Below are positions 58,301 to 64,000 of a stretch of DNA of 64,000 bases, one piece after another. Under the pieces are notes generated by a model. It saw only the letters and a list, made by a program, of their open reading frames with translations. It did not search any database and was not told the origin of the DNA. The translations under genes and the position numbers were made by a program. Origin of the DNA: an uncultured virus (IMG/VR IMGVR_UViG_3300006620_000021) (taxonomy: Duplodnaviria; Heunggongvirae; Uroviricota; Caudoviricetes); IMG/VR virus record IMGVR_UViG_3300006620_000021, one strand, 5' to 3'. Positions within the stretch are counted from its first letter, which is position 1, and each line of letters opens with the position of its first letter.

Positions 58301-59388
58301 ACAGGACTGCTCCAATCTGCAGTAAAACTGCGTAAATATTCTATTTTATGTAGCATATCTTCACTGTCTAAGACAAATTCTTCGTTAGCGAAGTGTAACT
58401 TACAACCATACTGTAAAGACAGATCCATTAAATAATTTCTTCTATCTATATCATCTGGAAGAGAGAATATACTGAACATCAGTATATGATCAACATTACC
58501 CTGTTTAATTAAATATTCCAAGTACACATGATTTCTCCCCTCATTATCACCAGTTTGATGTGGGAAGACATATCCCATCCTATTACAATATTCTTTAACA
58601 GATAAAGTTTGAAAATGTAAGTCTATGTGATTAGTTTTAAATCCTTCATATTCTGCATACATGACCACATTCTCATGATCAAGAATGGGAACCCTCCTTG
58701 ACTGAATATCTGTGTCGCCAAGGATTCTAAAGTATGCTCCTGGCCATTTTCTATGAGGTTGTCCATCCCTCAACAGAACTCTAACATCAATACTTATCCT
58801 AGTCTTACCAGTTCTATTAGGAACTGCACCATGAATATTCTCTTGAGTGAACAGCAAAAACTGATTCTGAGTTATGTTGACAGGTTTAGAATGATTCAAA
58901 CAAAAATGTTGAAATCTCTGATAATCCCAATTCTCCTTAAGACAACCTTCAGTAATCCACCTACTCTTCTCTAGGTCAAGTATCTGTAGAGAATTAGATT
59001 CATATGCATCAGTAAATGGCAACCATATTGTCCTCAACCCCAAACCATTACCAACCCATTTACCCTGGTGAAATGGAAGAACTGTACCAACTTTATCTTG
59101 ATTTGGAACTGTTATTCTAATATTGCCAAATCTCTGCACCAAGACATCAGTGGGTAATAGTGGAAGAACTTCCTCAGCAATTAGTCCATCAAATCTTTGA
59201 TAAAAATCAGTGTCTGCAATATCTTTACCAATTTTTTTGACAAGATCCCCAACTAACTTGTATGGAACAACTTCATGAAGGTACTCCAGATCAACTACAT
59301 CTGGATAATATTTTTGAATAGATTCTAATATAATATCACGGAAGCGATATTTATCGTAATCATAATCGTATATTTGTGCATCAAACAT
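58291..59388 (-). CDS. StrG-like 2OG-Fe(II) oxygenase fused to a carbohydrate-cluster (LIC12192-like) domain
   Basis: PFHQG..IWLPFT..HG..NRTGKTRISID; C-terminal MFSIFSLP...LHFANE. Confidence 0.65.
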   Translation of the reverse strand: MFDAQIYDYDYDKYRFRDIILESIQKYYPDVVDLEYLHEVVPYKLVGDLVKKIGKDIADTDFYQRFDGLIAEEVLPLLPTDVLVQRFGNIRITVPNQDKVGTVLPFHQGKWVGNGLGLRTIWLPFTDAYESNSLQILDLEKSRWITEGCLKENWDYQRFQHFCLNHSKPVNITQNQFLLFTQENIHGAVPNRTGKTRISIDVRVLLRDGQPHRKWPGAYFRILGDTDIQSRRVPILDHENVVMYAEYEGFKTNHIDLHFQTLSVKEYCNRMGYVFPHQTGDNEGRNHVYLEYLIKQGNVDHILMFSIFSLPDDIDRRNYLMDLSLQYGCKLHFANEEFVLDSEDMLHKIEYLRSFTADWSSPVCK

Positions 59389-59678
59389 TAGTCTTCTAAT
59401 TCTGATAATAATTCAGGATTTTCTAAATCCAATTCAAAAAAGCAAGGATGACACTCTTCCATAATTAAATACCCCGAAGAGCGAAATAAATCTTCTGGTG
59501 TATATCTATATCCTTTTCTATGGGCATCTGCAGCGATCTTACAAGAGGCATCTGCTTCTTGATCCTCTGTCAACTCATCCCAAGTAAAAGGAAGACCATT
59601 TATGAAGTACATAGTAACTATTCGTTCAGTTGATTCAGCAATAGACCAACAAAATGACTTAGTTAACTTTAACTTCAT
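59388..59678 (-). CDS. Conserved hypothetical protein
   Basis: MYFINGLPFTWDEL...YLIMEECHP. Confidence 0.7.
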   Translation of the reverse strand: MKLKLTKSFCWSIAESTERIVTMYFINGLPFTWDELTEDQEADASCKIAADAHRKGYRYTPEDLFRSSGYLIMEECHPCFFELDLENPELLSELED

Positions 59679-59709
59679 TATGTCACCATTTCTTAATATT
59701 TAGATTAAG

Positions 59710-59803
59710 TAGGAGTGGGGGGACTTGAACCCCCACGGGATTAACCCCAACAGATTTTAAGTCTGGTGCGNNNNNNNNNNNNTACCGATTCCGCCACACT
59801 CCC
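59710..59803 (-). tRNA. tRNA-Leu(TAA), contains an N gap
   Basis: GGGAGTG/CACTCCT acceptor stem, CTTAAAA anticodon loop, long variable arm, GTTCAAGTC T-loop. Confidence 0.9.
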
Positions 59804-59857
59804 AATTTAACTTTCAACGATTGCAACCGTTTTTTAGCAGCACGAAGTGCTTGAGGT

Positions 59858-60061
59858 TTAAGAGTTCTCTTTTTCTCCTTTTTGGAGTGATGTTGCCAAT
59901 TCGGTACTTTCGAGGACATAGGTTGGTGGGTGGAAATTACAATACTCGTTAAAAGTAATCTTCATTTCTTTGTCAGTTAAGTTAGCATGTTTTGCTGCAG
60001 CAGGCAAATTCCACTTTGCTGACCATAACATTTCCATTGATTTACGTGTTTCTGGACGCAT
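59858..60061 (-). CDS. Conserved hypothetical protein
   Basis: MEMLWSAKWNLP.AA...EMKITFNEYC. Confidence 0.7.
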   Translation of the reverse strand: MRPETRKSMEMLWSAKWNLPAAAKHANLTDKEMKITFNEYCNFHPPTYVLESTELATSLQKGEKENS

Positions 60062-60094
60062 AGACTTTTTGTAATGATTGCCCCTTTAGGGGGA

Positions 60095-60166
60095 AGCGGA
60101 GTATCGGAATCGAACCGACGACATCTAACTTGGAAGGATAGCGTTCTACCGCTGAACTAACTCCGC
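60095..60166 (-). tRNA. tRNA-Gly(TCC)
   Basis: GCGGAGT acceptor, CTTCCAA anticodon loop, GGTTCGATTCC T arm. Confidence 0.93.
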
Positions 60167-60259
60167 GAGTGTAATCTGTAAGAGATCTAGACTGAGACTT
60201 GGGCGACCCCTCAACCGATTACCTTTGTAATATAGCATGTGCTCTAATTCTGGTCAACC

Positions 60260-61012
60260 TTACCAAGGACCACCGTACTGTGGATTTGAGACGCTAGTAA
60301 TCGAACTCTCAATCTCTGCAAGACGATCATTTTTGATTTGTTCTTCACGCCCATAACTCCATACCACAAATTCTTGCTCACTTTTTGCTTGTTGAGCTTC
60401 AGTTGCAACAAGACACTGATCAGTGACAGAAGTTAATCCAACAGAGTATTGAGATTTTAGATTGGTAATATCACTCTCAACTGAAGATATATGGAATACA
60501 ATACCCATTTGTGATCCACCACTTCTGAAGAACTGTGTGCTTTTACCCAGTCCTAAATTAGAATTAGTAACTTCAAAGTATCCCTCACCCGACCAAGGAT
60601 ATTCTGCACTATAATTCTCACCAGATATAACAGGATAATCATACCCCTTAATAATATCTTCGTAGACATACCCCACAGCAATTATTGCCGAACCCAATCC
60701 AACAATACCCACAGATGATCCTGTCGCAGTAGTGGCAAGACCGACAACATTACCATATACAGATGTCAATGAGGATACATTAGTGCCATAAAGAGTGGTG
60801 CTAATTCCAGTATTACCACCAAGAGCAATAATTTGTTGCTTTATTTCATTCGCACTATCACAACTATTCTTTGCCAACTTTTGTGTCTCTGCAGCTGGTG
60901 CTTTAAACTTGTCACGCGCAGCCTCTGCATCAGCCTTCTTTTGAGGAATAATTTCTAATGCTTTATTAAGTTGATCCTTCTCTTTGTTTAAATCCTCTAA
61001 AACTACTGCCAT
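60260..61012 (-). CDS. Putative virion structural protein
   Basis: Late promoter ATAAATA at 61033-61039; G/S/T-rich core with coiled ends. Confidence 0.6.
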   Translation of the reverse strand: MAVVLEDLNKEKDQLNKALEIIPQKKADAEAARDKFKAPAAETQKLAKNSCDSANEIKQQIIALGGNTGISTTLYGTNVSSLTSVYGNVVGLATTATGSSVGIVGLGSAIIAVGYVYEDIIKGYDYPVISGENYSAEYPWSGEGYFEVTNSNLGLGKSTQFFRSGGSQMGIVFHISSVESDITNLKSQYSVGLTSVTDQCLVATEAQQAKSEQEFVVWSYGREEQIKNDRLAEIESSITSVSNPQYGGPW

Positions 61013-61013
61013 A

Positions 61014-61724
61014 TCATTCTATATCTTTTTTGTATTTATCTCTTGGTTCATTGAATAGCACATTATCAATGTACTTGTCCGCCCATCTATCATTAAAACA
61101 CTTTGCCAGTATTCTTCTGGTCTTATCATTCTTTTTTTGTTGTTTGCAATAATTTACTTGACCATAATGCCGCATCTTTACAGACGAAAAAGTTTCACTT
61201 TGAGGTTCAGCAGTATTGACATATTTGCATAATGCCTTCAAGTAATTCTCCACCAAATCTAAAAATAGTTCCTTCTCCTCAGGTTCCTCAAGACTCATAA
61301 ATTTACAATATGGTGAGAATATAGATCCCCATTGAGGAATCTTCCTATCTTTACTAAATTTATATTTCGTAGATAATTGTGCAATATCTGCATATACTGG
61401 TGACCACCCATCTACTGGTGACAAGTCCACAATTGCAGCACTGACTATTGATTTGTTTGCAACAATATCTGCACCAAATATAGGTAAATTATATGCTGGG
61501 TCTGGAAACCAAACACAGTGCAAAATATCTAGAGCACCAAGATGTGCTACTTCCAAATGTATTTTACGCAATCCTTTGCATTTATACATTTCATTTTGAA
61601 TCACTAAAGATTCACCTTCAACCTCTTTGTAAATACTTTGATATTTTTTACTTACTTTGAGAGGTTTTAGTCCTGGCAATTCTTTCCAAGACTCGCGAAC
61701 AATGTTCGCCATACGATCAAGCAT
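61014..61724 (-). CDS. pcyA: Phycocyanobilin:ferredoxin oxidoreductase
   Basis: LRKIHLE, ILHCVWFPDP.YNLPIFGADIV, PQWGSIFS and YC.QQ.KNDKTRRIL. Confidence 0.9.
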   Translation of the reverse strand: MLDRMANIVRESWKELPGLKPLKVSKKYQSIYKEVEGESLVIQNEMYKCKGLRKIHLEVAHLGALDILHCVWFPDPAYNLPIFGADIVANKSIVSAAIVDLSPVDGWSPVYADIAQLSTKYKFSKDRKIPQWGSIFSPYCKFMSLEEPEEKELFLDLVENYLKALCKYVNTAEPQSETFSSVKMRHYGQVNYCKQQKKNDKTRRILAKCFNDRWADKYIDNVLFNEPRDKYKKDIE

Positions 61725-61753
61725 AATTATATAAGATGTGTAGTTTATTTATT

Positions 61754-62533
61754 ATGAGAGTAGCTCTTTTAATGACGGGATATATGAGGAATTGGGAGAA
61801 GCATCTTCCAAACATAAAATCCAACATAATTGATAAGTATTCTGCTGATGTCTATATTACATCATACAGTTATTCAGAACTATACATGGGTTCTGGAATC
61901 ATAGATGTTGATGTAGATCAACTAATAGATAAGTATAAACCCAAAAATTATTTGTTCCGAGATAAAGAAACTCTTCCCGATTTTGGTTTTAAAGAGGATG
62001 GGTTAGAAATGAATGAGAGACATTGGTCTTACAGAATTTTAAAACAGTGGTATTGCATATACCTAGGTCTGTCATTATTCGATCCTGAAGACTATGATGT
62101 TGTAATTAAATGCAGAAGTGACTTCTCAACAAAGAACTTCAATATAAAAGATGGTGACATAGTTATCCCTGCATGGAAGGTTCATCCAGGTCCATGTGAA
62201 CCAGAAGATTCATACATAGACTACTTCGCCCATGGCAAAGGATATTGGATGAAGCAATATTTCAAATGCTATGAGAAGATAAAAGAAATACATGACAATA
62301 ATTGGGGTGATGTCTCTCTAGGAGAGACTCTAATCAAATCATACATCGATAGGTATATTGGCAAAGACCATATCAAGTTTGACTATGATATGGATTGGAT
62401 GCTCAGGAATGAGATGTGGGCATCAGATTACAGAAGATTGTTTGAGATTGGAGATCCAGACAAACTACTCAAAGTTCCAGCCACTGAGAAGGATGCGTTG
62501 ATCCTTGGTGGTAATCTGGGTTCTCAGGTTTGA
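61754..62533 (+). CDS. Glycosyltransferase-like protein
   Basis: MRVALLMTGYMR, YDVVIKCRSD, DYFAHG and GE.L motifs. Confidence 0.65.
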   Translation: MRVALLMTGYMRNWEKHLPNIKSNIIDKYSADVYITSYSYSELYMGSGIIDVDVDQLIDKYKPKNYLFRDKETLPDFGFKEDGLEMNERHWSYRILKQWYCIYLGLSLFDPEDYDVVIKCRSDFSTKNFNIKDGDIVIPAWKVHPGPCEPEDSYIDYFAHGKGYWMKQYFKCYEKIKEIHDNNWGDVSLGETLIKSYIDRYIGKDHIKFDYDMDWMLRNEMWASDYRRLFEIGDPDKLLKVPATEKDALILGGNLGSQV

Positions 62534-63146
62534 GAGTAACCCTAACATCACCAGGAATAACAATCCTCTCACCTTTACGATCGGCAAACTGTTGGGTAAA
62601 GTGTCCGACTTTACTAGGAAAAATAACTACTGTACCCTCTTTAGGGGTAATAGTATAAACATCACAGTTATATTTGTTATAACCACCGATCAGATTTCTC
62701 TGAATCGCTGTAGTAAATAAATCTCCAACACACTCATTGGCATTATTCTCCTGAGCAACACAGAATTTATCTGAGGTCTCATCAGTATTCAAATAATATA
62801 CAAAACTCAAATCAGAAGCATTATGATTGTGAGGTTTGACTGAGGGTGTCTCATTATCCTTATGATATCCAACCCATGACTTAATGATGTGATAATCCAA
62901 CTTTGAATGATCAACAATCAGACAATCAAAGTAATTATCAATATGAGTTCTTAGTTCATTAAAGAAGGGTTTGCAACATTCTTTTTGATGAGCAAAGATT
63001 CTACCAGAATATTCTGGACTCTCATTCTCATACCCATTAAACCAATAGTCACGAAGTTCGTCAAGATGCTCTTTGATCATGTCGTGACACTCGACTTCCC
63101 CCTGATAAACCATCAGAGGGAATGCTTCATGTACCTTATAGGTCAT
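62469..63146 (-). CDS. Putative 2OG-Fe(II) oxygenase
   Basis: PHNH..SDLSFVYY, PKEGTVVIFPS..H and ER. Confidence 0.8.
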   Translation of the reverse strand: MTYKVHEAFPLMVYQGEVECHDMIKEHLDELRDYWFNGYENESPEYSGRIFAHQKECCKPFFNELRTHIDNYFDCLIVDHSKLDYHIIKSWVGYHKDNETPSVKPHNHNASDLSFVYYLNTDETSDKFCVAQENNANECVGDLFTTAIQRNLIGGYNKYNCDVYTITPKEGTVVIFPSKVGHFTQQFADRKGERIVIPGDVRVTLKPENPDYHQGSTHPSQWLEL

Positions 63147-63754
63147 TTGCCATTGATATTGTATTCCCTATTATCGCCTGGATAGTCCATTGCTGTCAAC
63201 CCCTGATATTCAGGAATATTTTTTGTAACATCCTTACGAACACCATGAACCATGAAGTCACAGTTAATTGCTGTGCCTGCGTTATTTTTAATTACAACTC
63301 TAGATCCCCATTCAATCTTTTCAACAAACAGTTCTTGCCAATGACCATTGGGAGTTAAAGTGATACCTAAACTCTCCATATCAACAAGATCTTTCCAGTA
63401 ATCTGGAAGTTGAATGTAAGATTCGTTTACGAGTTTACCTCTAAAATATACCTCTGCATCTGGTCCTTCCAGACAAATATATCTAAGTCTATGACCTTCT
63501 TTAGTTGGATGTGAGATATCAAAAGACTTCTTTGCATCCCAAATAGGTGCTTTTACGGATAAGATACCACCTGCCCATTTTAAATCTGTACATTGTACAA
63601 AGTCATGTCTCCTAAGTGGACATGCATCTGGTGGATATTCATTATCTCCTGTCCATGGATAGATGGGGAATCTCCAGTCACTAGTGGGAGCACCACTCCA
63701 TTTACCATCACAAGCAGGACTACCGTTCTGTTCTACTACAAATTCGTCAGACAT
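63143..63754 (-). CDS. Conserved cyanophage virion-associated protein
   Basis: KSFDISHPTKEGHRLRYICLEGP...YPGDN. Confidence 0.75.
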   Translation of the reverse strand: MSDEFVVEQNGSPACDGKWSGAPTSDWRFPIYPWTGDNEYPPDACPLRRHDFVQCTDLKWAGGILSVKAPIWDAKKSFDISHPTKEGHRLRYICLEGPDAEVYFRGKLVNESYIQLPDYWKDLVDMESLGITLTPNGHWQELFVEKIEWGSRVVIKNNAGTAINCDFMVHGVRKDVTKNIPEYQGLTAMDYPGDNREYNINGK

Positions 63755-63756
63755 AA

Positions 63757-63999
63757 TTACCTCTTCATATCATAGTGATATCCAGACACCGAATACTCAT
63801 CATTATTACCAGGATAATCTGCAGGTGTTGAACCCTCATACTCTGGAATAAGTCTCTCCCCGTCCATACGTTCACCAAAAATAAGGTAATGGCAGTTTAT
63901 TGGTCTTGTGGAGTGAAGTATTACTTTATTATCTTCGATAGACTGAATCATAATACTATTATTATTCCCTACTGGAGTTATTGATACCGTAATAGATTC
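63757..63999 (-). CDS. Paralog of the adjacent gene, 5' end outside the window
   Basis: Frame open to the window edge (ESITVSITPVG...GER...YPGNN). Confidence 0.7.
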   Translation of the reverse strand, partial: ESITVSITPVGNNNSIMIQSIEDNKVILHSTRPINCHYLIFGERMDGERLIPEYEGSTPADYPGNNDEYSVSGYHYDMKR

Positions 64000-64000
64000 G

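Noticed and set aside
59771..59782. Apparent insertion or intron in the tRNA-Leu D-arm
   Set aside because: It is an N gap; the canonical sequence needs only about 2 nt

Overview
This window is part of a T4-like cyanophage (cyanomyovirus) genome, and almost all genes are on the minus strand. From left to right it holds: baseplate genes (partial gp7-like giant wedge, gp6, gp25); a non-coding junction at about 12.9-13.4 kb that may be a genome terminus; and a GC-richer block of small early genes (13.4-17.5 kb) with palindrome-containing promoters. An iteron/promoter/AT-rich locus follows (17.6-18.05 kb, candidate origin). A long accessory region then carries a FabF-type ketoacyl synthase, four fucosyltransferase-like genes, gnd, talC, a tail-fibre cassette, a carbamoyltransferase/radical-SAM/SGNH cluster, about 11 2OG-Fe(II)/cupin genes and an HNH nuclease. 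The right end has a restriction-modification-like island (47.1-52.0 kb), a giant S74-chaperone fibre protein, tRNA-Leu and tRNA-Gly, and pcyA. The strongest finding is a complete -1 programmed ribosomal frameshift signal (internal SD, A_AAA_AAG, 3' stem-loop) in the R-M-like island. It would fuse a nuclease-SF2 helicase to an NPPY methyltransferase/TRD, whose canonical SAM-binding motifs are on a separate small downstream ORF. All family calls come from motif recognition by eye; no database searches were run.
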